Shown in pieces: positions 1 to 13,046 of a DNA stretch of 64,000 nucleotides. A program made the translations under genes and the position numbers. The notes beneath the pieces are model-generated. The model was not told the origin of the DNA, did not search any database, and saw only the letters and a program-made list of their open reading frames with translations. This DNA comes from Ginglymostoma cirratum (taxonomy: Eukaryota), in NCBI GenBank assembly GCA_024137785.1, contig JAHRHZ010000018.1, forward strand, positions 62,001 through 126,000. The letters run 5' to 3'. How positions within the stretch are numbered: the stretch's first letter is position 1; the number at the start of each line of letters is the position of its first letter.

Positions 1-449
1 TGCTCAAACAGGATGGGTCGACCCTGAACTGTCTACAGAAGGCAATAGCTTCCTATAAAAAGAAATCCCTTTGTAATCTGTTAAACTCTCAAATCTCTAT
101 TATTACAGATAAATACAGGCTGATGGAGTAATAGTGAGATAACATTACTGTGTGCAGTCTTGGCACTGAATCCTTCATTACAAGAACATGTTGTTAGATA
201 ATTACAGAGTCACACCTTATGCCACCCAGGCCTCTCATGGGCAACAGCTTCTTCCAAACAAGGCACCAACCATTTTCCTGCTCCTATGATGCTGCTTGGC
301 CTGCTGTGTTCATCCAGCCCCATGCCTTGTTATCTCTCTCACCAACCATTTGCCTATTTATTGACTTTAGTTACAAATAGTTGTAACACAATAATACCCA
401 ACAATTCCAGGCTAACTGATGGCTGGAAACAGGTTACCTTAATTCCTGA

Positions 450-690
450 TGTTCCCATCAGTTGTTGTAAAAACCCATCTGGTTCACTAATATACTTCAG
501 GGAAGGAAATCTGCCATGCTTACCTGGTCTGGCCTACATGTGACTCCAGACCCACAGCAATGTGGATTATTCCTGTTGTCTTCTGAAATGGACAGACAAG
601 TGACTCAGCTTGAGGGCAATTAGGAATGAGGAAGAAATTCTGGCCTTGCCAGCGGTACTCACATCCCATCGGAAAATAAAGAAAAAATTC
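450..690 (+). mobile_element. SINE-like repeat 3' part (shares its 3' tail with the LINE ending near 49080); paralogous copies near 23810-24040 (+) and 42165-42390 (-)
   Basis: AAAACCCATCTGGTTCACTAAT...AGGGCAATTAGG...CTGGCCTTGCCAGC...CACATCCCA plus an A-rich end; the tail matches 49010-49085 and 4910-4990. Confidence 0.6.
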
Positions 691-1217
691 TCCAATGTGC
701 TACATCCTGGGACCCTCCATTGGCCTGTCCATTAACTGGAGCAGTGTAACAAATACTGTGGCTACAAGAGCAGGCTGAGGTGAATAACTCACACTCTGAC
801 ACCCACAGCCTGTCTACCATCTATCAACAAAGCAGAAGTTAGGACGGTAGTGGAGCCACTTGCCTGGATGAATGCAACTCCAACAACATCAAGAAGCTTC
901 ACACCATCCAGGACAAAACAGCTCGCTTGAATGTTTTGGTGCCAACTGCTTCCTGTGGCAGAGAATTTCACAGGCTCCCCACTTTCTGGGTGAAGATGTT
1001 TCTTTTCAATGGCCATTCGAGATGAACAACAAGTGCTGACCCAGCCACTGATGACCACAATCCAGGAATGAATGAAACAAAACCAGATAGAGACTGGAGA
1101 ATGTTAAATACAACACTGAGAACAAATGAGACGGAGAAGCAGAAAGACAGAGAGAAGAGAAAGAGTTGGAGATTGAGGAACTAGTCCAAGAGGAGAAACC
1201 ATTTATTCTTGAAGAAG

Positions 1218-1654
1218 AGATAACAAGGTGTGGAGCTGGATGAACACAGCAGGCCAAGCAACATCATAGGAGCAGGAAAGCTTGACGTTTCGGGCCTAAA
1301 CCCTTCATCAGAAATGGGGGAGGGGAAGAGGGTTCTGAAATAAATAGGGAGAGAGGGGGAGGCGGGTAGAGGTTGGATAGAGGAGAGGATAGTTGGAGAG
1401 GAGACAGACAAGTCAAAGAGGCGGGGATGAAGCCAGTTAAAGTGAGTGTAGGTGGGGAGGTAGGGAGGAGATAGGTCTCCCCCACTCTCCCTATTTATTT
1501 CAGAACCCTCTTCCCCTCCCCCATTTCTGATGAAGGGTCTAGGCCCGAAACATCAAGCTTTCCTGCTCCTGTGATGCTGCTTGGCCTGCTGTGTTCATCC
1601 AGCCCCACAACTTGTTATCTCAGATTCTCCAGCATCTGCAGTACTTATTATCTC
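1218..1654. mobile_element. Non-autonomous foldback PLE terminus (two inverted pLTR halves)
   Basis: Left half is the reverse complement of the right half; both match the 3' end of the PLE at 8714; flanked by direct repeat TTATTCTTGAAGAAG (1203-1217, 1655-1669). Confidence 0.85.
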
Positions 1655-1669
1655 TTATTCTTGAAGAAG

Positions 1670-4450
1670 TTCTGTTTTTCTCTCCAACTGGATTTCCATT
1701 CCAATCGTTTTTCTTGTCCACCGACATTAATCTCAGTGTTGCTCCTGGTGTTTGACTAGGTATTTGCAAAAACCTGTTTCCACAACATATCACATTCCTC
1801 GGTGACTGCCTCCTGCTGAGACTCAACTCATGTGGATTCCAACTCAAGTTTGGGCTTTGAATCCACCCAGGATCACAAGTATCTTGACATGTTCAACATT
1901 TCACAGACAGGTGTCCTCAACGCATCCTGAGACCCACACATACCTGAGCTCTTTCTCCAACATCATCACATCATGCTGGCTTAGGGTTGCATCATTACAT
2001 AGTTCTACTTCATTCTCCAGCTCATTCACTGCGATAACAAGAAACTTTCCATTTCCTTTCAGGCATCAAGGCACACAAGATGTAACAACTCAGAGATCCA
2101 CATGGCCCTCTGGAACTTTCCTCCCGTCCCCTTCCCTCTGACTCAATCCCCAACTCCAGCTCCTGTCAGGTATTCACCATCCCACCTAACGTTCCACTCT
2201 CCGATGCTAAATGTTCTGTACTCAGCAAAGATCTGTTTTATCCCTCTGCACCCCCACCTCAATGAATTTCACGCAAGACATCACTCCGAACTCTTCTTCC
2301 ATCATCTTTGCCTCCGTGCCCATTTCTTTGATCAAAAGTCCTCCCCCTGTCCCACAGACCCCTTCACCCAGCTACAACATTCTTCCTTTATCTGGACCCC
2401 TCCCTCTGTGCTTTTAACGGCACTCAGCCTGTTCATTGAGAAGTGTCAACATAACATTGATCGCCTCAATTTCTCTGTCCCCTGACCATTCCAACATATC
2501 TCCCTCCGAAGTGACTGCACTCTGTGAGCTCAGATCTAACCCTGACTTTGTAATTAAGTCTACCAAGAAGGATGGTGCTGTTGTAGGCTGGAGTACTGAC
2601 CTCTACATTACAGAGGCTGAAAGCCAGCTCTCAGATACCTCTTCCTATCTCCCCCTGAACCATGACCCCGCAATGGCACATCAGGTCTTTGTATCAACTA
2701 CAGTCACTAACCTCATTTCATCTGGTGATTTCCCCCCAACTACCTCCAAGCTGATAGATCCCCAGCCCTGTACAGATCACTTCTACCTCCTTCCGAAAAT
2801 CCATAAACAGCATTGTCTGCTCCTGCTCCATGGAACTCATCTCATCTTACCTTGACTCAGTCTTTTCTCCCCGGTCCAGTCCCTGCCCACATACATCCAT
2901 GACTCCTCTAACGCTTTACGCCAGTTTCAGAATTTCCAGTTTGCGGGTTCCAGCCACATCTTCTTTACCGTGGATGTGCAATCCCTTTACACATCCATCC
3001 CCTACCAGGACGGTCTCAAGGCTCTCTGCTTCTTCCTGGAGCAAAGGCCTGAACCGACCCACCCACCACCACACCCCTCCGCTTGGCTGAGCTCATTCTC
3101 ACAATTTCTCTTTTAATTTCTCTCACTTTTGTCAGGTCAGAGGAGTGGCCATGGGTACTTGCATGGGTCTCAGTCATGCCTGTCCCCTCGTGGGTTACAT
3201 GGAACATTCCTTCTTCCAGTCTTAATCTGGCTCCCACCCACAACTCTTCCTCCTGGGTGGCATGGTGGCTCAGTAGTTAGCACTGCTGCCTCATAGCGCC
3301 AGGGACCTGCGTGCAATTCCAGCCTCAGGTGACTGTCTGTGTGGAGTTTGCACATTCTCCCCGTGTCTGCGTGGGTTTCCTTCAGGTGCTCCAGTTTCCT
3401 CCCACAGTCCAAGGATGTGCTGGCTAGGTGGATTGGCCATGCTAAATTGTCCATAGTGTCCAGGGATGTGTGGCTTAGGTGGGTTATAAGGGATGGGTCT
3501 AGATGGGTTGCTCTGAGGGTCGGTGTGGACTTGTTGGGCTGAAGGGCTTGTTTCCATACTATAGGGATTCTATGATTCATATCAATGATATCATCGGTGC
3601 TGCTTCACTCTCTCATCCAGAATTGGAAAAGTTTGTAGATTTTGCTTCCAATTTCCACTCAGTCCTCACTTTCACCTGGCCTATCTCTGAAGAAATTCTT
3701 TGTCATGTCAGTTGGAAAGGATTGTTCCTACTTCCTAAAGCTGTGCATCGGGTGCTAGTCTCTCCTATAAACATCTCCTCCATGTCCAATCTATCCAGGC
3801 CTCTCAGTATTCTGTGAGGAGACAAACTGTATTCGCTGCTCACAATGTGGTCTCCTCTTCATTGGGGAAATGAAGTGCAGAGTGGATGACCGATTTGCAG
3901 AACGCCTACAGAAAAGACTCTTAAGCTTCCGGCTGCTTGCCATTTCAATGCATCACCTTGTTCCCTGACCAACATCTCTGTCTTAGGCTTGCTGCAGGTC
4001 TCCAGCAAAGCGCAGAGCAAGATGGATGGACAGCACCTCATTTCCTGCTTGGGATTCCTGCAGCCTTCTGGAGTTGATATCAAGTTCAACAATTTTAGGG
4101 TATGACTATCTTTCCCTATAATTTTCCCTATCACCACAAACAGGGTCTTGTCATTTCATGGGCTGCTACTACATTTTACCCATATTTAGCCACCAACTAT
4201 CCCCACCAACAACTCTTCATTTCCCCAGACTGAACTTTAACCACTCCTTTGTCTGTCCTACAGTTTTTCTCTCTCTTCGGGTTCTATCTCCAACTACTGT
4301 TTACTCTTCCCTCCACCTCCCACCCGACCTTCTGCATTAAAAAAATCCTTTTCCTAGCTACAAAGGGTCACTGAACCCAAAACATTAACTCTGATTCCTG
4401 TCAACAGATGCTGCCAGACCTGCCGTGATTTTCCAGCAATTTCTGGTTTT
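1670..4450 (+). mobile_element. Old degenerate Neptune-type PLE (RT/GIY-YIG relics) with nested insertions
   Basis: Broken frames HPHLNEFHARHH..FFHHLCLRAHF, NPDFVIKSTKKDGAVVGW..FYLLPKIHK and HPELEKFVDFASNFH are homologous to the ORFs at 9056-11861. Confidence 0.8.
3255..3575 (+). mobile_element. HE1-type tRNA-derived V-SINE inserted in the PLE
   Basis: tRNA-like head GGTGGCTCAGTAGTTAGCACTGCTGCCTCA; V-SINE core GTGTGGAGTTTGCACATTCTCCCCGTGTCTGCGTGGGTTTCC; HER1-like tail GGGCTGAAGGGC...TTCTATG. Confidence 0.85.
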
Positions 4451-5147
4451 ATCCTCAGAAATGGAACCAGAAACAATCCCTGAGTGTTATTGCTTAAAGA
4501 CAAAGTATTAATGAAGAAATTCAGTCTGCCCCAAAGACCAGGCAATGAGGAATGGACAGTGGTCCATCAGATGGTCACTGCATCTGAGGATCAGATTTAA
4601 ATTTCACAAATTAGCTCATGAAATTCCAATGGCAGATAATTTATGGATGAGGAACACACTGTCTAAAATATTAAGACATTTTTATTTGTCAGCATTTTAT
4701 AAAGATGTTAAAGTTTACCAGACAAGTTGCTCCACGTCAGGACTTGGGAAATCTCCAACCCTCAATTAAAATATCACCTTCAATTCCAATCACAGCTTTT
4801 GAAGAACCATTTCACAGGGTCTGAATAGATTGTGTGGGAGCCCAATCTAACACAGGAATGGCAACCAACTGGTTACAGCAGTAGTTCAAGAAGGCAGGTA
4901 ACCACCACCTTCTCAAGGGCAACTAAGAATGGGCAATAAATGCTGGCCCAGCCAGTGACACCCACATCTCACAACACAATTGAAAAAAAAAGACTGAACT
5001 TGAGCTCAGCTTCCTTCCCACGGTGAATCCATCCTCAAGATCACTGTCCATCACCTCTTCAACTTTGTTGATCACAAACTGACCTCCAATTCATTCATTG
5101 GGCAAGAGGTTATAGTTGTAAGTGATTGCCATGTAAACTCTACTTAC

Positions 5148-5492
5148 TGTTTACAATGAGCTGGCTTCCTCTCCTGTAGATCCTTCCCCAAACCTCACAG
5201 TAATATATCCCAGTGTCAATGGGCTGCATGTTTCTGATGGTCAGAATGAAGCTGTTATTGGAAGGGTCTCTGGAAGATTGGAATCGCTCGGTGAATCCTG
5301 GGCTCCATTGAGTGGAGTCACTTCTCAGATGTGTTAAAATGTGCTCCATAATTTGCTCTGGGGACAGCCGGTACCAGTGAACATCAGTGTGTGTCACTGT
5401 GGCATTTCTTATGGTGCACTGTAACTGGGCAATGTGACCCTCGGTGACATATTCCTGGCTTGGAGACTGTAGAAGAGCTGGACCAGTGATAC
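5148..5492 (-). CDS. Intact Ig/TCR-like V-domain exon with germline-fused J-like segment (non-rearranging VJ exon)
   Basis: Acceptor TCTTTAAAG|, donor |GTAAGT, 345 nt, phase 1-1, open: GITGPALLQSPSQEYVTEGHIAQLQC-TIRNATVTHTDVH-WYR...ERFQSSRDPSNNSFILTIRNMQPI-DTGIYYC-EVWGRIYRRGSQLIVN; canonical V-set Cys, Trp and D-x-G-x-Y-Y-C. Confidence 0.9.
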
Positions 5493-6046
5493 CTTTAAAG
5501 ACAAAGATAAGAATAAACATATTCCCACAATATTAGATTCTCTGTAATGCCATATTGAAAGGATCTGATTGGGTGGTATGAGTTCTGAGTTAAACAGAGA
5601 GAACAGTTTGTTACACTAAAACATTGAGCTCCATCTGTGACTAATTCAGATCAAACAAAATCCATCAACATAAACAGATATAATAATACACACAGTGTGC
5701 TAAACAATTTCTTATCTCTCTTCAGAATCACATCGACATTTTGACATGCCAGTTTCTTCCGCAGCATAATCAAAACCCAAAATCAATTCCATCAAGAAAG
5801 ACAAGGGCAGCAGATACATAGGAATGCCACTTCCTGTAAGTTCCCCTCCAACTCTCTCACCATCCTGACTTGGGAATATATCGTCATTCCTCCAGTATTG
5901 TTGGGACAAAATCCTGAAACTCCATCCCTAAGGGCATTGTGGGCTTACCTACAGCATATGGACTGCAGTGGCTCAGGAAGGCAGATCAGCCCCAGTGACA
6001 GCAACAATAACAATAAAACACTTTTCATGAGGCACGATACATTATA

Positions 6047-7290
6047 ACATGGAACATGGAACGTTACAGCGCAGCACAGGCCCCTCGGCCCTCGAGGTTG
6101 CGCCGACCTGTGAAACCAATCTGAAGCCCATCTAACCTACACTATTCCATTATCATCCATATGTTTATCCAACGACCATTTAAATGCCCTTAAAGTTGGC
6201 GAGTCGACTACTGCTGCAGGCAAGGCATTCCACGCCCTTACTACTCTCTGAGTAAAGAACCTACCTCTGACATCTGTCCTATATCTATCACCCCTCAATT
6301 TAAAGCTATGTCTCCTCGTGCTAGCCATCACCATCCGAGGAAAAAGGCTCTCGCTGTCCACACTATCTAATCCTCCGATCATCTTGTATGTCTCTATGAA
6401 GTCATCTCTTAACCTTCTTCTCTCTAACAAAAACAGCCTCAAGTCCCTCAGCCTTTCCTCATAAGACCTTCCCTCCATACCAGGCAACATCCTGGTAAAT
6501 TTCCTCTGCACCCTTTCCAGTGCTTCCACAGCCTTCCTATAATGCGGCAATCAGAACTGTACGCAATACTCCAAGTGCGGCCGCACCAGAGTTTTGTACA
6601 GCTGCAACATGACCTCACGGCTCCAAAACTCAATCCCTCTACCAATAAAACCGAACACACCGTACGCCTTCTTAACAACCCTATCAACCTGGGTGGCAAC
6701 TTTCAGGGATCTATGCACATGGACACCGAGATCTCTCTGCTCGTCCACACTACCAAGAATCTTACCATTGGCCCAGTACTCTGTATTCCTGTTACTCCTT
6801 CCAAAGTGAATCACCTCACACTTTTCCACATTAAACTCCATTTGCCACCTCTCAGCCCAGCTCTGCAGCTTATCTATGTCCCTCTGTAACCTGTAACATC
6901 CTTCTGCACTATCCACAACTCCACTGACTTTAGTGTCATCCGCAAATTTACTAACCCATCCTTCTGTGCCCTCATCCAGGTCATTTATAAAAATGACAAA
7001 CAGAAGTGGCCCCAAAACAGATCCTTGCGGTACACCACTAGTAACTGAACTCCAGGATGAACATTTCCCATCAACCACCACCCTCTGTCTTCTTCCAGCT
7101 AGCCAATTTCTGATCCAAACTGCTAAATCACCCTCAATCCCATGCCTCCGAATTTTCTGCAATAGCCCACCGTGGGGGACCTTATCAAACGCTTTACTGA
7201 AATCCATATACACCACATCAACTGCTTTACCCTCATCCACCTGTTTAGTCACCTTCTCAAAGAACTCAATAAGGTTTGTGAGGCACGACC
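6047..7290 (-). mobile_element. 5'-truncated HER1 (CR1-clade) LINE, ORF2 RT C-terminal part
   Basis: YMDFSKAFDKVPH, GVPQGSVLGP, KFADDTK; one in-frame stop at ~6551; 3' tail of CATGGAA/CATAGAA-type repeats. Confidence 0.95.
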
Positions 7291-8713
7291 TACATAAAGG
7301 CTACATAATGAGATAAGAGGCCTTGGTGTTGGAGTTAATATGGATAGAGAACTGCCGATCTAAACGATGACAGAGAGTTGTGTTGAATGGGGAATTTTCA
7401 GGGCGGCAATTTTCAAATTAAACTACTGATGCCCCCAATTTTCTAAAAGTCCAAAACTGTCACCTTTCATCTGGAGAAACTGTTTTGCACATCTAATGCT
7501 CATCATGGCTCTGTGAATTGAAACGATAAGGCTTTCCAAGCAATTTGTGTTTCTTTCAAACAGGAAACAATCCAACTCCATTGACTTGAAAGCACCCTAA
7601 TGATTTTAATGTTTACTTTGTCAACTCATAAAATCTCTCAATACAAACAAATTCCCATCAGCTTTCCAGGAACTGCTTCTGTCAGGTTGATTTTTAAAAC
7701 AAAAATCATCACTGCAGAAATATTGACATTTTAATCGATAATACCTTCATACATAGAGAGACGTAAACCTACATGCCAATTGTTCTAAATCAAAATTCCA
7801 GACTAAATGATATTAAAATAAACCACACACCTCACATCTGAAGGAATCATGCTCCAGTTAACTACAAGCAGTTCTAAATGTGTCACTGAACCAATAACAC
7901 AGCCAATTTGCCTCTCTTCTTTCCTCCTATCCAAGGTAACAAAAAAACCTCGCAGGGAAATTCATGACCTCAAACATAACTTACTTATTATCAGCAAGAC
8001 ACATGCTTTAAAAAAGCAGAAAATGTGATCAGTAATTACATTTCTATTTGGGTTTAAAATATAGCCCATTAATCGCAAACATACATTCTTTCATGGGCAA
8101 GGCAACCCAGCTCCTCATAAATAGTTTGGGCTGTTTTTAAAAAAATGCCTTAAAGAGAGACCATTCCAATGGGGCAAGAAAATCACATCAGAAGGTAGAA
8201 TGTGTTTACTTCTCAGAGTTCCTTCAATTTCTTGTCAATGAATCCAATTCCTGAAAGTTATACAATGTTGGGAGATCTTCTGGCCATATTTCAGATTCTG
8301 ATGGGAAATAATTTGAAACCCTGATATCGGAAACGTTATCTTTACAAATCCTTCATGAAAAGAACTAATCAGCTTTTCCCATGTATTTTACTGACTGAGA
8401 GGGAGAACTCGTGCAGCTGGTCCTGTGAGAAGTTTTCATCTCTTTTTATCAGAAGGGAGGGATCTATTTTTGCTGTTTTTGGTCAGCTTGAGAACTTTGC
8501 CTCAGCTGCTGTCTTTTAGGTCTGTGAAAGCACACAGCAGCTCAAGCCCAGAAGCTGTTGTTAGGCTACATTCAAAATCAGTCAGTCCAGCAACTTAGGG
8601 ATAAAACCTATTTCTTGTTTTTTCTTAACATCCTTGATTGATTCAAAATTAATTTGAATTTTGTAAACCACAAAACATTTTTGATCTTTCAGATCCAAAC
8701 GATCATGTGGTAA

Positions 8714-11700
8714 CAAGCACGGGGCTGGATGAACACAGCAGGTCAAGCAGCATCATAGGAGCAGGAAAACTTGACGTTTCGGGCCTAAACCCTTCATCAG
8801 AAATGGGGGAGGGGAAGAGGGTTCTGAAATAAATAGGGAGAGAGGGGGAGGCGGATAGAGGATAGATAGAGGAGAGGATAGGTGGAGAGGAGGCAGACAA
8901 GTCGAAGAGGCGGGGATGGAGCCAGTAAAGGTGAGTGTAGGTAGCGGGGTAGGGAGGAGATAGGTCAGTCCAGGGAGGACGGACAGGTCAAGGGGGCGGG
9001 ATGATGTTAGTAGATAGGAGATGGGGGTGTGGCTTGGGGTGAGAGGAAAAACAGGTTAGGGAGGTGGAGATGAGCTGGGCTGGTTTTGGGATGCAGTTGG
9101 GGGAGGGGAGATTTTGAAGCTTGTGAAATCCACATTGATGCCATTGGGCTGCAGGGTTCCCAGGCTGAATATGATTTGCTGTTCCTGCAGCCTTCGGGTG
9201 GCATCACTGTGGCATTGCAGGAGGCCAAGGATGGACATGTCATCTGAGGAATGGGAGGGGGAGTTGAAATGGTTCGCGACTGGGAGGTGCAGTTGTTTGT
9301 TGCGAACTGAGCGCCGTTGTTCTGCAAAGCGGTCCCCAAGCCTCCACTTGGTTTCCCCGATGTAGAGGTAGCCACAACGGGTACAGTGGATGCAGTATAC
9401 CACATTGGCAGATGTGCAGGTGAACCTCTGCCTGATGTGGAAAGTCTTCTTGGGGCCTGGGATGGGGGTGAGGGAGGAGGTGTGGGGGCAGGTGTAGCAC
9501 TTCCTGCGGTTACACGGAAAAGTGCCGGGTGTGGTGGGGCTGGAGGGGAGTGTGGAGCGGACAAGGGAGTCGCGGAGGGAGTGGTCCCTCCGGAAGGCAG
9601 ATAAGGGTGGGGAGGGAAAAATGTCTTTGGTGGTGGGGTCGGACTGCAGATGGCGGAAGTGTCGGAGGATGATGCGTTGGATCCGGAGGTTGGTGGGGTG
9701 GTATGTAAGGACGAGGGGGATTCTTTTTTGGTTATTGTTGTGGGGACGGGGTGTGAGGGATGTGTTCCGGGAAATGCGGGAGACACGGTCGAGGGCGTTC
9801 TCGACCACTTTGGGGGGGAAGTTGCGGTCCTTGAAGAATGAGGACATTTGAGATGTGCGGGATTGGAATGTCTCATCCTGGGAGCAGATGCGGCGGAGGC
9901 GAAGGAATTGGGAATAGGGGATGGCATTTTTGCAGGAGGGTGGGTGGGAGGAGGTGTATTCCAGGTAGCTGTGGGAGTCAGTGGGCTTGAAATGGACATC
10001 TGTCTCTAGGTGGTTGCCCGAGATGGAGACAGAGAGGTCCAGGAAGGAGAGCGAAGTGTTGGAGATGGTCCAGGTGAACTTCAGGTTGGGGTGGAAGGTG
10101 TTGGTGAATTGGATGAACTGTTCGAGCTCCTCGTGGGAGCACGAGGCGGCGCTAATGCAGTCATCAATGTAACAGAGGAATAGGTGGGGTTTAGGGCCAG
10201 TGTAGGTACGGAAGAGGGATTGTTCCACGTAACCTACAAAGAGGCAGGCATAGCTTGGGCCCATGCGGGTACCCATGGCCACCCCCTTTGTCTGGAGGAA
10301 GTGGGAGGAATTGAAAGAAAAGTTGTTGAGGGTGAGGACGAGTTCGGCTAGGTGGATGAGGGTGTCGGTGGAGGGGGATTGGTCCATTCTGCGGGACAGG
10401 AAGAAGCGGAGGGCCTTTAGGCCATCGGCATGGGGAATACAGGTGTATAGGGACTGGACGTCCATAGTAAAAATGAGGTGTTGGGGACCTGGGAATTGGA
10501 AGTTCTGGAGGAGGTGGAGGGCGTGGGTGGTGTCACGGACGTAGGTAGGGAGATCCTGGACCAAGGGGGTGAAAATGGAGTCTAGGTAGGTGGAGATGAG
10601 TTCGGTGGGGCAGGAGCAGGTGGAGACAATGGGTCGACCAGGATTTCAGGTTTGTGGATTTTGGGGAGGAGATAGAAGCGGGCGGTGCGGGGTTGGGGAA
10701 CGATGAGGTTGGAGGCGGTGGGTGGGAGGTCACCTGAGGTGATGAGGTTGTGGATGGTTTGGGAGATGATGGTTTGGTGCTCGGGAGTGGGGTCATGATC
10801 CAGGGGGCGGTAGGAGGAGGTGTCAGAGAGTTGGCGCCTGGCCTCAGCAATGTAGAGGTCAGTGCGCCATACTACGACTGCGCCTCCCTTGTCCGCGGGT
10901 TTTATGGTGAGGTTGGGATTGGAGCGGAGGGAGTGGAGGGCTGCACGTTCTGCGGGGGGGAGAGGTTGGAGTGTTTGAGAGAGGTAGAGAGGTTGAGGCG
11001 ATTGATGTCTCGACGGCAGTTGGAGATGAAGAGGTCGAGGGAGGGTAGGAGGCCTTGGGGTGGTGTCCAGGAGGAGGGTTTGTGTTGGAGGCGGGAGAAG
11101 GGGTCAGTAGAGGGAGGGTTAGATTCCCGGTTGGAGAAGTAAGCGTGGAGGCGGAGGCGGCGGAAAAACTGCTCAATATCCAAGTGTGAGCGGTATTCGT
11201 TGATATGTGGGTGGAGGAGGACAAAGGTGAGCCCTTTACTGAGGACTGACCGTTCGTCTTCGGTAAGGGGGAGGTCTGGGGGGATGGTGAACACTCGGCA
11301 GGGCTCAGTGCTGCTGTCTCCTCCGGAGCTGCTGGCTGTGGAGGCTGTGGGCGGAGTTACGTCAGCGGCGGGTGTTGTGTCGGCGTCGGCGGTGGGCGGA
11401 GCGACGTCGGCGGTGGGCGGGGCGGCAGCGGTGGGCGGAGCGGCGTCGGCGGCGGCGGCAGCGATGACGGTGTTGGTTTCGGTGATGGAGGCGGTGGTTT
11501 TCAGCAGCGGCGGCGTTCGCTGTCCCGGAAGTGGGGTGCCCGGCGGTGGCGGATGTGACGTCATCAGTGGGTTCTCCGACAGTAGCCTCGTGGCCAATGG
11601 CGGCGGGTACATTGTGGGGGAGGACCCGGGTCCGGCTGGGGGTTTGGGGAGTGGGGGAGTGGGGGAGTGGGGGGCATCAGTAAGTTTACTGTACTTACGG

Positions 11701-11879
11701 TTTTTGGTGTCCAATAAAGCTGAGTAGAATTGTGAATTCAGGCTGTGGATCCTACGGAGAATAAAAAACAGGAAGAGGTCCTTTGCAGGTCTGGGAGAGG
11801 GAGGCTCTGAGCTGGGGTAGGCTTGACTGTAGAGCCTGGAGGTGCCTGCGCATTGCTGCAAGTGTGTGTTTCAGGCTCT
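8714..11879 (-). mobile_element. Long, young Neptune-type PLE (RT + Cys-rich linker + GIY-YIG endonuclease), frameshifted
   Basis: ORF 9056-10564: TMDVQSLYT, GVAMGTRMGPSYA, YIDD, CNRRKCYTC, YIGETK; upstream frames 10533-11861; flanked by direct repeat GATCATGTGGTAA (8701-8713, 11880-11892). Confidence 0.95.
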
Positions 11880-13046
11880 GATCATGTGGTAAACCCCTTT
11901 CAATCAAGAAATGTCCCAACAGTTCCACATTCCAGTTTCTCACAGTCCATACATCCTGAAGAAGGGTTGACTGCCCAAAGCATTGACTGCTCCTTTCCTC
12001 CAGATGCTGCCTGGCTTGCCATGTTCTTCCAGCCCCCTATTTGTCTACTTTGGATTCCAGCTTCTGCAGTAGTTTTTTGTCTCTAACCATACATTTTTAT
12101 GTCATACAAATATGGATTTGCGTTCAGTGTTTTCTTCTTGCTGCAGAACTTTAAAGGGTGGTTCTGATGCTCCCTTATAAATTTAGTGACTTTTTTCACG
12201 TAACGCATACTCTCCCAGCAGCATGTGCTCATGTGCACCCATTAGGATTGTACTTTTAAATAAAATTATTTCCACTGCTCTTATTTCGTCATCCAGTCTG
12301 AATATATGCACATCTCTCTGCTATTGGTTGCCCCCTCCCACACAATGGGTCAAGTAGAAGAGAAAAGCCCCAGGAACTACCTGACCCAGGATCTCAGCCA
12401 GTCTCTCAGCAATATTCAACATGAAACTCCAGCTAATTATGTTGGAAACTCCCAGAATACTATGATCACTCTTCCCGAGTGACATGGCTAGGAAAGCTGG
12501 AGAATAATGTAGAATCTTAGCTTCAATCCCAGTCTCAACTATCAGGGCTTATGGGGAGTGAGTCTCTCCCCTTGCCCGATGTTGGATGAGGAGTAGCTCC
12601 CAGTGGTTTCCTTTAACCTGGATCAAACCAATTGCCTCTCGAATGGAGAGAGAAGTGTGTGCCCCCACTTTGTGCTCTATGGTTCATTCCCAATCCCTGG
12701 GAGATTCCCTGCAGATGGGTAACTTCACAGAGCAATCTCCCTGACTCTGCTCATCCAGCCCAATGGAACTGACACTCTTGTGAGTCAAATGGAATTAATA
12801 TCCCTTAGTCTCCACGATAAAGCTCCATATTTCCCACAAAATCCTCCTCCACTGTCACAAAAAATCCTCTTCACCAGCTCCATCGACCAACATTGAACCT
12901 GAGCTCAGCTTCCTTCCCGCAGTGAATCCATCCCTGAGATCACTCTCCATCACCTCCTCAGTCTTATTAATCACAAACTGATCTCTAATTCACCCATTAG
13001 GCAAGAAGTTATTGCTGGAGGAGATTGTCATGTAAACTCTACTTAC

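Noticed and set aside
286-543. Recurrent MMLLGLLCSSS 'signal peptide' ORFs
   Set aside because: They translate the PLE terminal repeat and are not leaders.
5691-5730. CACAGTG heptamer near the first V exon as an RSS
   Set aside because: It is on the wrong side of the V exon and has no ACAAAAACC-like nonamer at 12 or 23 nt.
9007-11727. Long Pro/Ser/Thr-rich and Gly/Ala-rich ORFs (also at 24572-25670, 28260-28913 and 56001-56694) as novel genes
   Set aside because: These are alternative or antisense frames of C-rich PLE sequence and recur in every copy.
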